From contig AE017199.1 of the NCBI GenBank assembly GCA_000008085.1, forward strand, positions 60,001 to 92,000: 32,000 bases of DNA, given 5' to 3'. The stretch comes from Nanoarchaeum equitans Kin4-M. Its GTDB lineage: Archaea > Nanobdellota > Nanobdellia > Nanobdellales > Nanoarchaeaceae. How positions within the stretch are numbered: position 1 is the stretch's first letter; each line of letters opens with the position of its first letter. Below, piece by piece: positions 1 through 12,157 of the stretch. A program made the position numbers and the translations under genes. Under the pieces are notes generated by a model. It made no database searches. It was not told where the DNA came from and saw nothing but the letters and a program-made list of their open reading frames with translations.

Positions 1-233
1 TGCTATTACAAACAGAGAAGGCCCTTAGACTATTGGAACAATATAATACCATAACTATCTTAGTTCCTAGGGAATACACTAAATCCAAAATAAAAGAATT
101 CTTTGAGAAAAAAGGCTACAAAGTTAAAAAAGTTAACACTTTAATAACAAAGAAAGGGCTAAAAAAGGCATATGTCAGATTTAAAGAGGAAGGTGTAGCT
201 AGAAAAGTAGCCGAAGAGTTGGGAGGTTTATAA
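1..233 (+). CDS. rpl23: Ribosomal protein L23 (uL23), 5'-partial; runs off the left edge
   Basis: The frame of the 33..233 ORF is open upstream (..LLQTEKALRLLEQYNTITILVPR..), so TTG at 33 is unlikely to be the start. C-terminus KVKKVNTLITKKGLKKAYVRF..AEELG is the L23 signature. Confidence 0.9.
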   Translation, partial: LLQTEKALRLLEQYNTITILVPREYTKSKIKEFFEKKGYKVKKVNTLITKKGLKKAYVRFKEEGVARKVAEELGGL

Positions 234-254
234 ATTTTTAGTTTTCAATATTTA

Positions 255-470
255 ATGGATTGGAAAGACCTATTAAAAGAAAAAGATCCAAATTTGTTTT
301 TGGCCTTGCAATCTCTATTAGAAGAAGTAAAGGAATATAAAGATATTTATTTAAAAGCAAAAAACCCCTCAATAGCACAATTATGGATAGCTTTAGCTAT
401 TTTATATAAAAAGCATTCTAAAAAGAAGAAAAAAGAAACAATCCCTAAGGATTTGGAGGAAAAATTTTAG
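255..470 (+). CDS. Small helical hypothetical protein (71 aa)
   Basis: ATG start with a TATA-like element (tttataaat, ~228-236) about 23 nt upstream, consistent with leaderless mRNA. No recognised family. Overlaps the converging gene by 26 nt. Confidence 0.55.
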   Translation: MDWKDLLKEKDPNLFLALQSLLEEVKEYKDIYLKAKNPSIAQLWIALAILYKKHSKKKKKETIPKDLEEKF

Positions 471-1049
471 CTATAATTGAGAACAAAAAGTAAGGCGCAA
501 AAGGATAACCATCTCTTATTGGAATACTAATATTTGTTTGTTTTAGTTTATTCAAGAGCTTTTTATTTAAAATAGGTTTTTTGTATACTTTATCCCAAAC
601 TATTGTGCCTTCTACTATATCGCCCTCTTCCAAATAATCAGGTTTTACCATTATTATTTTGTTTTTTAGTGTGCCTTTGAAATAATAGAATAATGCTAAC
701 ATAGTAATTAAAATTCGAAACAAAATGCTTTTGTAAAATAGTATTAGGAATAACCATATTTTATTTATGTTAACTAATACATACCACATATACAAATACA
801 AACCGTAAATATTGTTTATTCCTATTGGAGAATAAAACGAATAGGCAATTGCTAAATAATAATCCCCTATGGCGAATAGTTTAGCCTTTGTTGCTATGTA
901 AAATAAAATTGCTGTAACTATTGCTAAACCGATTCTAAACCAATTGTTAGTAACTATATTATATAATAGCATTGTCACTATATATAAATCTACTGACTCG
1001 CTAATTGTTACTTTTTTCTTTATATCTGTTATTGTATAAAGAAGAAAAG

Positions 1050-1065
<16 letters not shown>
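445..1065 (-). CDS. Putative A24-family prepilin/preflagellin peptidase-like membrane protein
   Basis: Hydrophobic protein with YTITDIKKKVT (first catalytic-Asp motif-like), KAKLFAIGDYYLAIA (GxGD-like second Asp), and a C-terminal segment IPIRDGYPFAPYFLFSII resembling archaeal FlaK-type C-terminal domains. Confidence 0.6.
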
Positions 1066-4144
<3,079 letters not shown>

Positions 4145-4201
4145 ACGAGTAAGCTATAGTTCTATTTAATAATGCTTTAAACAGAATAATATTACCATCG
4201 A

Positions 4202-4999
4202 ATGGGGGAGGATCCCTCTTTCCTAGGAAACAAGAAGTTCTCTATTAATGTATACAAATTACCTACAGGGGATTTGCTAATAATTCCAGATTATATATCG
4301 AAGGAAGCACAGGAGAAATTGCATCAATATTTCGTCGAGGGCATTAATTCATATAAAGTAAGGCTAGAGAAACTATTTCCCGAAGTTAAAGTAAATTCCT
4401 GCTATACTGTTGATGTGTTGCCTTCTAATTGTCCCCATCCTATAGTGCCAATGCTTTCGGTATATCTAAATATAGATCACAAACCCTTTATAATATATGG
4501 TATAGGAGAACATAACGCAGCAAGACATATTGAGGCTTTCCATAAAAAAGTTAATAATAGGTCTTTGCTTACCGGAATAAAAGATCCAAAATATGGTATT
4601 CCAATTAGCTTATCTTGGGTATGGGGAGAAGTTCTAACATGGTTTTTGTCCGATAAACCAGAACTAATGGATTATAGAGATCTTGTATACGCAGATCGCA
4701 TATACAAAATGGATGTTAGCATTGGGCACCATGGAGATATTGAAAGTATTAAACAATTAGAAAAATCTGTAAGGGGAGAAGGGGAGCATGTGGATAATAT
4801 TTTTGGAGTTGCATTAGCCAAACAATTAGATAGGGAAGGGTATGATTTAGAGTATGTAGTAAAAAGAGTAAAAGAGAAGCCTTTCTTAACTTTAGAAGAT
4901 ATGGATAAAATAGAAAAAAGACTATCAATTGATGCTCCATCGATATTGAACATTATAAAAGCAGTGGTCAAAGCAAAAGAAGATCGTAACTACATATGA
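4202..4999 (+). CDS. Hypothetical protein (265 aa), possibly lineage-specific
   Basis: Long ORF in a tight pair with the next gene (ATGA stop/start overlap). No family recognised. Confidence 0.8.
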   Translation: MGEDPSFLGNKKFSINVYKLPTGDLLIIPDYISKEAQEKLHQYFVEGINSYKVRLEKLFPEVKVNSCYTVDVLPSNCPHPIVPMLSVYLNIDHKPFIIYGIGEHNAARHIEAFHKKVNNRSLLTGIKDPKYGIPISLSWVWGEVLTWFLSDKPELMDYRDLVYADRIYKMDVSIGHHGDIESIKQLEKSVRGEGEHVDNIFGVALAKQLDREGYDLEYVVKRVKEKPFLTLEDMDKIEKRLSIDAPSILNIIKAVVKAKEDRNYI

Positions 5000-5676
5000 T
5001 CAGGCCTAAAATAATTAAATTATCGGACAAAGACGAATTAATAGCATCTAATCCTAATATAGATAAAGCAACCAAAGCATACAAAATGGCTAAACCACAT
5101 GTAGATACAATTAGAGATTATTTGCCTGCAGAAAGGGGATTATGTATTGCTGAACCACAGTATGTTAAACTATGTTACGGTTATTTAGTGAAATTACCAA
5201 AAGAGTTTTCTATTTTACCATATAAAATAGTTAGAGATGCTGTATATACATCTTTATTGGATAATGGTATTGTTATAGAAGATAGCGAAGAACGAATAGA
5301 GGGCAATACTTTATATAGGGATAAATTTAACGCATCGGCATTGGCTTGGCTATTAACCAAACATGGAAATAATAAAATGGGCTTTTCTAGGGAATATCTA
5401 ACTCTTCGCGAAATGCTCTATACAAACAAAACTATAAAAGGTAGAGAGAAAACCTTTTCTTATGTGCTTGGATCATTATTAGGAAGTGCTTTAGAAAGGA
5501 AAAATGTTGATTTCAGAGATATACTAGATTCTTTACCAATTATAATAGAAGATAGCTTAGAAATAATTGAAGAAGAAAGAGCTAAAAAATATCCATACTA
5601 TAGGAATATATTACCTAACCCACCAGCAAATACATTGAAAGCTTGGGTCGCTTTCTCTAAAAAGTATCTAAGATAA
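4996..5676 (+). CDS. Hypothetical protein (226 aa), co-transcribed with the preceding gene
   Basis: Overlaps the upstream stop by 4 nt (ATGA). No family recognised. Confidence 0.8.
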   Translation: MIRPKIIKLSDKDELIASNPNIDKATKAYKMAKPHVDTIRDYLPAERGLCIAEPQYVKLCYGYLVKLPKEFSILPYKIVRDAVYTSLLDNGIVIEDSEERIEGNTLYRDKFNASALAWLLTKHGNNKMGFSREYLTLREMLYTNKTIKGREKTFSYVLGSLLGSALERKNVDFRDILDSLPIIIEDSLEIIEEERAKKYPYYRNILPNPPANTLKAWVAFSKKYLR

Positions 5677-6171
5677 ATTTTTGGCTAAAACCAAAAACCT
5701 TATAAATAATGGCAATAAATAAATGGGGTTTTTCTTGTATTTTTTGGCCAAATCTTTGCATTTATCTCTACAAACAAATTGAACATATTGAGTTAGGTTG
5801 CCTTTTCCTATATGGGATCTTTCCCAGTCTATTAGTATGACCCTTGGCCCTTTAAGGAATATATGTTTTATAGGCCTATGCATTTCTTCCTTTTTTATTT
5901 TAATTAAATCCAAAAAAACCATTATAAAGAAGGTTACTATCAAAGTATATAGTTTTTCCCATGGCTTTAGGTTTAAAAAAGGTTTGCCCGCATTTTCCAT
6001 AATTAGTATAAGCTTTTTATCATCGCTATACAAAAGCTTGGGCATAAACCAAAACCTTTTTGATAGGAAAAATTTTTCTTTTAAATAATTATATTTGTAT
6101 TTGTGTTGCTTTATGGCTATATTTTTGTATAAAATTACTTTACTGTGCTTCCCCGAAATAACAACTACCAT
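5668..6171 (-). CDS. Predicted small Ser/Thr protein kinase-like protein (COG2112-like)
   Basis: MENAGKPF, EMHRPIKHIFLKGPRVILIDWERSHIGKGNLTQYVQFV resembles the catalytic/DFE region of archaeal COG2112 kinases. Confidence 0.55.
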   Translation of the reverse strand: MVVVISGKHSKVILYKNIAIKQHKYKYNYLKEKFFLSKRFWFMPKLLYSDDKKLILIMENAGKPFLNLKPWEKLYTLIVTFFIMVFLDLIKIKKEEMHRPIKHIFLKGPRVILIDWERSHIGKGNLTQYVQFVCRDKCKDLAKKYKKNPIYLLPLFIRFLVLAKNLS

Positions 6172-6709
6172 AATATTCCATAAAGGTTTTCAAATCACTA
6201 ATAGTATAAGGATTAGTAACATCTTCTATTTCTCCATTGTAAGATCTCTTTATTGCATTAATATTTTTGGTTTCACTAATAGGTTTGCCATCAATTAATT
6301 GTATATATTGGTTTAAACCATCTTTATTAAGGCCAATCTGGAAAACCCTATAAGTCTTTACCCCTTCTTTAGTAATTAGTTGGTAATATTTCTCGCATTT
6401 TATATTTATGGGCCACCACCAGCATTTTACTAATAAGTTATACTCTTTTTTGTCTATATATTTTATTTTGAACCACCTTTTACAATAATCCGAAACTAAA
6501 AACTCTTTATAATCATCAAAGCTTTTAGCAGTTTTACATAGGTTTTGGCATAGTACTTTTATTTTTTCTATATCATCAATGCTAAACCCTTTTATTTTAG
6601 AAAGCTGTGATTGGGATTTAGAAAAAAACATAAATACTAGCGATAAAACTAGCAAAGATAATATGGCATAAACAATTAGATGTAGGGATAATTCTATAGA
6701 TCTATCCAA
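6140..6709 (-). CDS. Membrane-anchored hypothetical protein with pilin-like N-terminal hydrophobic helix and a Cys-bearing ectodomain
   Basis: N-terminus MDRSIELSLHLIVYAILSLLVLSLVFMFF; TTG start overlaps the stop of the upstream zinc-ribbon ORF. Confidence 0.6.
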   Translation of the reverse strand: MDRSIELSLHLIVYAILSLLVLSLVFMFFSKSQSQLSKIKGFSIDDIEKIKVLCQNLCKTAKSFDDYKEFLVSDYCKRWFKIKYIDKKEYNLLVKCWWWPINIKCEKYYQLITKEGVKTYRVFQIGLNKDGLNQYIQLIDGKPISETKNINAIKRSYNGEIEDVTNPYTISDLKTFMEYYGSCYFGEAQ

Positions 6710-6866
6710 TTTGTCCCTTTCTAAACTTTATTACGGCCATTCTTGTAAAAACATAATAGCATTTCTTACATCTATATATAGCGCCGGCCATATCCATCAT
6801 ATATGGTTTGAATTGATGAATTACTTCTACTTCTTCGCTACCACATTTAGGGCATACAACTTTCAT
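6702..6866 (-). CDS. Small zinc-ribbon protein (54 aa), absent from the supplied ORF track
   Basis: Manual translation: MKVVCPKCGSEEVEVIHQFKPYMMDMAGAIYRCKKCYYVFTRMAVIKFRKGQIG*. Two CxxC knuckles (CPKC, CKKC) 24 residues apart; fills the only sizeable gap here. Confidence 0.75.
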   Translation of the reverse strand: MKVVCPKCGSEEVEVIHQFKPYMMDMAGAIYRCKKCYYVFTRMAVIKFRKGQIG

Positions 6867-6874
6867 TCATAAAA

Positions 6875-7453
6875 CTATGGGTTGTATTTAAATTTAGTTA
6901 TGTCTATAGTGATTGGATTTAGTATATCGAACACATTAGTATGTGTAACAATAATCGCTATCCCTTTGAAATTCTTTAGGTAATCAATTATTTTTTGTAG
7001 ATTATTTTTATCTAAATGTGTTTCCACTTCATCCAATAGCAAAACTTTAGGATTTAAGTTTTTTGTTATTAGAAAGTCAATTATTCTTGATTCGCCCCCA
7101 GATAATTCTTTGAATAGAAATTTGTCTCTAAACCTATCTAATTCAGGATCTTTGATATTTAATGCATACAAAATGTCTTTTAAATAACCTACTTCGTTAG
7201 GCAAAACTTGGGATAAATAGAATATGCCTTTTTTAGCTCTTTCATATAAAGGCAAACCGTGTATTGGTTCTCCATTAAATATTATATGGCCATCTATTTT
7301 GTATTCAGGAAAACCGGCGATAGTTTTTAATAGAGTTGTTTTCCCAGAGCCGTTTGGACCAACTATTTTGTAAAAACCATTAGTAAATTCCAAATCAACA
7401 TTTAGCAATGGTTTATTTTTTACATATATTATACCCTTTATAGATAAATCCAT
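6875..7453 (-). CDS. Orphan ABC-type ATPase
   Basis: Walker A GPNGSGKTT, signature LSGGE, Walker B VLLLDEVETHLD, and VTHT switch. No adjacent permease gene. Confidence 0.85.
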   Translation of the reverse strand: MDLSIKGIIYVKNKPLLNVDLEFTNGFYKIVGPNGSGKTTLLKTIAGFPEYKIDGHIIFNGEPIHGLPLYERAKKGIFYLSQVLPNEVGYLKDILYALNIKDPELDRFRDKFLFKELSGGESRIIDFLITKNLNPKVLLLDEVETHLDKNNLQKIIDYLKNFKGIAIIVTHTNVFDILNPITIDITKFKYNP

Positions 7454-7482
7454 TCAATATAACAATGTTATAGAATATAAAT

Positions 7483-8070
7483 TTATTGGTATTGCGATAT
7501 AATTTTTTGCTTTACCTCTTCGAAATGGTTTGGCAATTGCTCTGGGTCTAAGCCTTCTTTTAAATAGCGAGAGAATTGCTTTTTGTATAGCTCTTCGTTC
7601 TCTTTTAACATTTTCGCGTAATTAGCGATGTGTTCCCCTCTAATTCTATCTTCGCTTGGCAATATAGTTTCGCTATGTGGTATATTTAAACCAGCGTCTA
7701 AAGCACCTTTCAATACTGCATATAAAGCGTTACCTTTTGTGGATTTGTACCTACCTATATCTAATACAGCCTCTTTGTAACCTCTCTTTAACGCTTCATA
7801 CCCAGCAATTAAACCAACCAAATATGCTGATGGTAGGTTTCCTCTATGTCCTTTCCATCCATATTTTTTCAACACATTAGAATGGATAGTAAATATAACT
7901 CTATCTCCTTTAGGATCATATTCTACTAATTGAGCTAAGATATTTGAATTAAACCTTCTTACTACTAACCTGGGTTTGCCTGAAAGTAAAAGCTTTAGCC
8001 TTTTTCTATAGACGGTTTTGCCTTCTCGCCTTCTTCTAAAGGGTACTCTATATCTAGGGCCATGTGCCAT
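7483..8070 (-). CDS. rpl18: Ribosomal protein L18 (uL18)
   Basis: [64 protein letters not shown]. Confidence 0.95.
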   Translation of the reverse strand: MAHGPRYRVPFRRRREGKTVYRKRLKLLLSGKPRLVVRRFNSNILAQLVEYDPKGDRVIFTIHSNVLKKYGWKGHRGNLPSAYLVGLIAGYEALKRGYKEAVLDIGRYKSTKGNALYAVLKGALDAGLNIPHSETILPSEDRIRGEHIANYAKMLKENEELYKKQFSRYLKEGLDPEQLPNHFEEVKQKIISQYQ

Positions 8071-8123
8071 TCAACGCTTTTCATCAAATATTTATAAAGT
8101 ATAAATCCATTGCCTCAACGTTT

Positions 8124-9971
8124 ATGGAGTTACTTGAGGAAATATTCAAATATATAGATAAAAACAAAATAATAGGCTATCGATTCGAAGGGCCAAAAGT
8201 AGTGCTATTTACAAGAGACAAAGAGCTTTTAGTAAAAGCCCCACAGATATTACAAGAGATTGCCAAAAAAGTAAGGAGAAGAATACATATTAGATATGAT
8301 CCAAGACTTCTAAAGGAGGAACCAGAAAAAATAGAAAAACTAATACCAAAAGAAGCAGGATTGCAAAGAATTTATTTCGAAAAGGGAAGGGGCATAGTAA
8401 ATATAGAGGTTTTATTCCCTGAAAAGATAGATTTGAATACAATAAATAAAATAAAAGAAGAAACACTTTGGTTCCCTAGAATATATAGAAGCCCATTGAT
8501 TAGATCGAAAACTATCGATATGGTTAGAGCTTATATGTTCCAACATTCTAACGAAAGAATAAAGCTTTTGCATGAAATAGGTAAAAATATTAGTGAAAAG
8601 TGGTCTATACAAAAAGGACAAACCTGGGTTAGAGTAAGCTTTTTAGGGGGAGCATCCCAAGTTGGGAGGTCTGCATTGTTATTACAAACGAAAGAGAGCA
8701 GAATACTATTAGATTTTGGGGTTGATTTGTCTTTACCTCCAAACAACAAAAATGCTTACCCCATTGTAGAATTGCCAGAATTTGATGTTAAAGAATTAGA
8801 CGCTGTAGTAATTACCCATGCACATTTAGACCATGTAGGATTTGTGCCATTTTTATATAAAATGGGCTACAAGGGCCCGGTATATTTAACACCCCCAACA
8901 TTAGATATCGCTACTCTTAGTTTGTTAGATTATTTAAGAATAGCCAATGAAAACAATGTCAAACTATTTAGCGGGGACGATATAAGAAATTTTGTAAAGC
9001 ATTCTATTACTATAGAATATGGCCAAACTACAGACATCGCTTCTGATGTAAAATTAACTTTTTACAATGCGGGCCATATACTAGGATCGGCATTGGCCCA
9101 TCTAAATATAGCCAATGGTTATTCTAATGTATTATATACTGGGGATTATAAGGTTAAACCAACTTTCCTATTTGATGGTGCTCAAATCCCACAAGCAAAA
9201 GTCAATATCGCTATTACTGAATCAACCTATGGAGATACCTATCATAAACCTAGAGAAGAAGTAGAAAAAGAATTTTTATCATTTGTAAAAGAGGTAATAA
9301 AAAGAAAAGGCAAACTATTAATACCTGTTTTAGGCGTAGGAAGAGCCCAAGAGATATTGTATTTATTGGTTAAATCAATAAGGGCTAACAAATTAGATGA
9401 AGTCCCTATATATTTAGATGGTGTAGTATGGGAAATTACTGCTATACACACAGCTTATCCCGAATATCTCAAAGAGGAAATTAGAAACAAAATATTAGCT
9501 GGGAAAAACCCATTTATTGATAAATTTGTTCATAGGGCTCCAAGAAATAGAGAGGAAATAGTTTATTCAACAGAACCATCTATAATATTGGCTACTTCTG
9601 GTATGCTAGTTGGAGGCCCATCTGTGCAATACCTAAAGCTAATGGCAGAAGATCCTAAAAACGCCATAGCTTTTGTTAGCTATCAAGGGCCTAACACATT
9701 AGGAAGACAAATACAAAGCGGGGTAAGAGAAGTAGAAATAGATGGCCAATTAATAAAAATAAACTTAGAAGTAAGATCTTTTGAAGGTTTTTCTGGCCAT
9801 GCCGATAAAGGGGAAATAGAATCTTTCTTAAGAAGGGTTAGACCAGGCAGAGTAGTAATAAACCATGGAGAGAGAAGCAAAGTATTGCATTTGGCTTCTT
9901 ATTTAAGAAAAAAGCTTAATGTAGAAACCAACGCCCCAAGGAATATGGATGCACTAGCATTAAGGATATAA
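8124..9971 (+). CDS. KH-domain / metallo-beta-lactamase / beta-CASP ribonuclease (aCPSF1 family)
   Basis: VSFLGGASQVGRSALLLQT, HAHLDHVGF, TESTYGD, ATSGMLVGGP, FSGHADKGE, VVINHGE. Start placed at MELLEEIFK because TATA-like tatttataa lies at ~8089-8097. Confidence 0.9.
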   Translation: MELLEEIFKYIDKNKIIGYRFEGPKVVLFTRDKELLVKAPQILQEIAKKVRRRIHIRYDPRLLKEEPEKIEKLIPKEAGLQRIYFEKGRGIVNIEVLFPEKIDLNTINKIKEETLWFPRIYRSPLIRSKTIDMVRAYMFQHSNERIKLLHEIGKNISEKWSIQKGQTWVRVSFLGGASQVGRSALLLQTKESRILLDFGVDLSLPPNNKNAYPIVELPEFDVKELDAVVITHAHLDHVGFVPFLYKMGYKGPVYLTPPTLDIATLSLLDYLRIANENNVKLFSGDDIRNFVKHSITIEYGQTTDIASDVKLTFYNAGHILGSALAHLNIANGYSNVLYTGDYKVKPTFLFDGAQIPQAKVNIAITESTYGDTYHKPREEVEKEFLSFVKEVIKRKGKLLIPVLGVGRAQEILYLLVKSIRANKLDEVPIYLDGVVWEITAIHTAYPEYLKEEIRNKILAGKNPFIDKFVHRAPRNREEIVYSTEPSIILATSGMLVGGPSVQYLKLMAEDPKNAIAFVSYQGPNTLGRQIQSGVREVEIDGQLIKINLEVRSFEGFSGHADKGEIESFLRRVRPGRVVINHGERSKVLHLASYLRKKLNVETNAPRNMDALALRI

Positions 9972-9992
9972 TATATAACACCGCTATTTCGT

Positions 9993-11207
9993 ATGAACCC
10001 CAAGGAAGAGGCATTAAAAGTACTAAAAGAAGCAGACGAAGTAGCCAATATAGATGTGTACGAATACCTTAAAGAACCAGAAAGGGTTGTAGAAACTTAT
10101 TTTCCAGCTAGAACAAAGAATGGTATAGAATATTTCAAAGGTTATAGAGTTCAATACAATACCGCTTTAGGCCCCGCCAAAGGGGGTATTAGGTTTAGCC
10201 CCACAGTAACAAAAGAGGAAGTAGAAGCATTAGCACTATGGATGGTAATTAAGAACGCTTTATTGGGATTGCCCTTTGGTGGAGGCAAAGGAGGAGTAGT
10301 AGTAAACCCCAAAGAATATGAAGAATGGGAATTAGAAAACATTGCTAGAGGGTTTGTTAGGTCTATAGCAGAGTTTATTGGAGAAGACAAAGATATTCCT
10401 GCCCCAGATGTGTATACTAATGAAAGAATTATGGCTTATATGATGGATGAATACGAAAAAATAGTAAGACATAAGGCATTTGGAGTTATTACGGGTAAGC
10501 CCATAATTTTAGGGGGTAACCCCGTAAGAAATATTGCCACATCTTTAGGGGGATATTATGTATTAAATGAAGCAGTAAAATTGAAAAAAGTTGAAAACAC
10601 TGTAGCAATACAAGGGTTTGGAAATGCTGGACAAGGTATTGCCAAGCTATTAGATGGCCAATATAAAATTGTTGCAGTAAGCGATTCTAAGGGAGGAATT
10701 TATTGTAAAGATGGGATAGATATAGAAAAACTAATTGAAGTAAAAAAGAAAACCGGCTCTGTTATAAACTATGAAGGTTGTGAAAAAATTACTAACGAAC
10801 AATTATTAGAATTAGATGTTGGCATATTAATTCCCGCTGCAATAGAGGGAGTAATAACAAAACAAAATGCTGACAAAATAAAAGCTAAAATAATATTAGA
10901 ATTGGCTAATGGCCCTACTACAAGGGAAGCAGATAAAATATTATACGAAAAAGGAGTATTAGTATTACCCGATGTATTAGCCAATGCTGGGGGTGTAACA
11001 GTAAGCTATATAGAATGGGTTGGCAACAAAAGAGGGATGCCCTTTAATGAAAAAGAAACAAAGGAATTATTAAAGGAAAAGATGGTACATGCATTTCTAG
11101 ATGTTTTAGAAGTATCGAACAAATACAATATTGACATGCGTTTAGCATCCTATATTATAGCATTAGAAAGGGTAAAGCAAGCTATGCGCTATAGAGGTTT
11201 AATATAG
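9993..11207 (+). CDS. gdhA: Glutamate dehydrogenase
   Basis: YRVQYNTALGPAKGGIRF, LPFGGGKGGV, PAPDVYTNERIMAYMMDEY, AIQGFGNAGQGIAK, ELANGPTT, PDVLANAGGVTVSYIEWV. Confidence 0.95.
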   Translation: MNPKEEALKVLKEADEVANIDVYEYLKEPERVVETYFPARTKNGIEYFKGYRVQYNTALGPAKGGIRFSPTVTKEEVEALALWMVIKNALLGLPFGGGKGGVVVNPKEYEEWELENIARGFVRSIAEFIGEDKDIPAPDVYTNERIMAYMMDEYEKIVRHKAFGVITGKPIILGGNPVRNIATSLGGYYVLNEAVKLKKVENTVAIQGFGNAGQGIAKLLDGQYKIVAVSDSKGGIYCKDGIDIEKLIEVKKKTGSVINYEGCEKITNEQLLELDVGILIPAAIEGVITKQNADKIKAKIILELANGPTTREADKILYEKGVLVLPDVLANAGGVTVSYIEWVGNKRGMPFNEKETKELLKEKMVHAFLDVLEVSNKYNIDMRLASYIIALERVKQAMRYRGLI

Positions 11208-11223
11208 TTCTATAAAATTTTGA

Positions 11224-12033
11224 ATGGACAAACTATATTTTGGCCCCGCAGGTATACCAAATAGTGCTGAAAAAAGAGACTTATTAAATGGACTTAAAAC
11301 AGTTAAAAATTTAGGATTAGATGCGATGGAATTAGAATTCGTATATGGTGTAAGATACAACCCAAGGGTTTTACCTTTAGTTAAAGAATTCGCCCAAAAA
11401 AATAATATAGTACTTACGGCCCATGCTCCATATTATATTAATTTAGCTGCAAAAGAAAAGGAAAAAATAGAAAAAAGCATTAAGTATATCCTAGATACTG
11501 CCAGAGTTTTAAATGAACTAAATGGTTATAGCATAGTATTTCATCCTGGCTATTATATGAAAAGAGATCCTAAAGAGGTTTATAAGATAGTGAAAGAAAA
11601 TTTGGCCAAAGTATTAGAAATGGCAAACCAAGAAGGAATCAAAGTATGGATTAGACCAGAAACTATGGATTTACCTTCAAGGTTTGGCTCTTTAGAAGAA
11701 ACGTTTGAATTAGCTAGAGAATTGGGAACATTGCCTTGTATAGATTTTGCCCATCTAAGATATAGATATAAAAACAATAAACCCGAATTCTTTAGACAAG
11801 TTTTAGAAAAATATGAAGAATATTTTGGTAAAGAAGGTTTAAAGAATATGCATATCCATATGTCCGGTATAAACCTAGATCCAAGAGCATCGCACAAAAA
11901 TTTAAAAGAATCCGATATGCCATGGCAAGAAATATTAGATTTACTAAAAGAATTTAATGCTAAAGGAGTAGTAATTAGCGAATCCCCTAATTTGGAAGAA
12001 GATGCTATAATGATGAAAAAATACTATGGATAG
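11224..12033 (+). CDS. nfo: Endonuclease IV-like AP endonuclease (TIM barrel)
   Basis: TAHAPYYINLAAK, SIVFHPGYY, IRPETMD, CIDFAHLR, NMHIHMSG, VVISESPNLEEDA metal-ligand motifs. Confidence 0.85.
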   Translation: MDKLYFGPAGIPNSAEKRDLLNGLKTVKNLGLDAMELEFVYGVRYNPRVLPLVKEFAQKNNIVLTAHAPYYINLAAKEKEKIEKSIKYILDTARVLNELNGYSIVFHPGYYMKRDPKEVYKIVKENLAKVLEMANQEGIKVWIRPETMDLPSRFGSLEETFELARELGTLPCIDFAHLRYRYKNNKPEFFRQVLEKYEEYFGKEGLKNMHIHMSGINLDPRASHKNLKESDMPWQEILDLLKEFNAKGVVISESPNLEEDAIMMKKYYG

Positions 12034-12103
12034 CCCCGCCCGGATTCGAACCGGGGTCACGGGGACCAGAGCCCCGCATGCTAGGCCGCTACACCACGGG
12101 GCT
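12032..12103 (-). tRNA. tRNA-Gln (anticodon CUG), uninterrupted, 72 nt, no encoded CCA
   Basis: Cloverleaf by hand: AGCCCCG/CGGGGCT acceptor (A1-U72), D arm GTGT..GCAT, anticodon arm CGGGG-CTCTGGT-CCCCG, T arm CCCGG-TTCGAAT-CCGGG. Confidence 0.95.
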
Positions 12104-12122
12104 AGTATATTCTTTTAATTCC

Positions 12123-12131
12123 ATTTAAAAC
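12123..12131 (-). promoter_or_regulatory. TATA-like promoter element for tRNA-Gln
   Basis: Minus strand gttttaaat centred ~24 nt upstream of the mature tRNA 5' nucleotide. Confidence 0.6.
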
Positions 12132-12157
12132 TTTAAATAGAGTACAAAACCCCAAAA

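Noticed and set aside
12009-12031. ATGATGA near the 3' end of the endonuclease IV gene as a C box
   Set aside because: No D box before the tRNA gene; explained by coding sequence (..EEDAIMMKKYYG).
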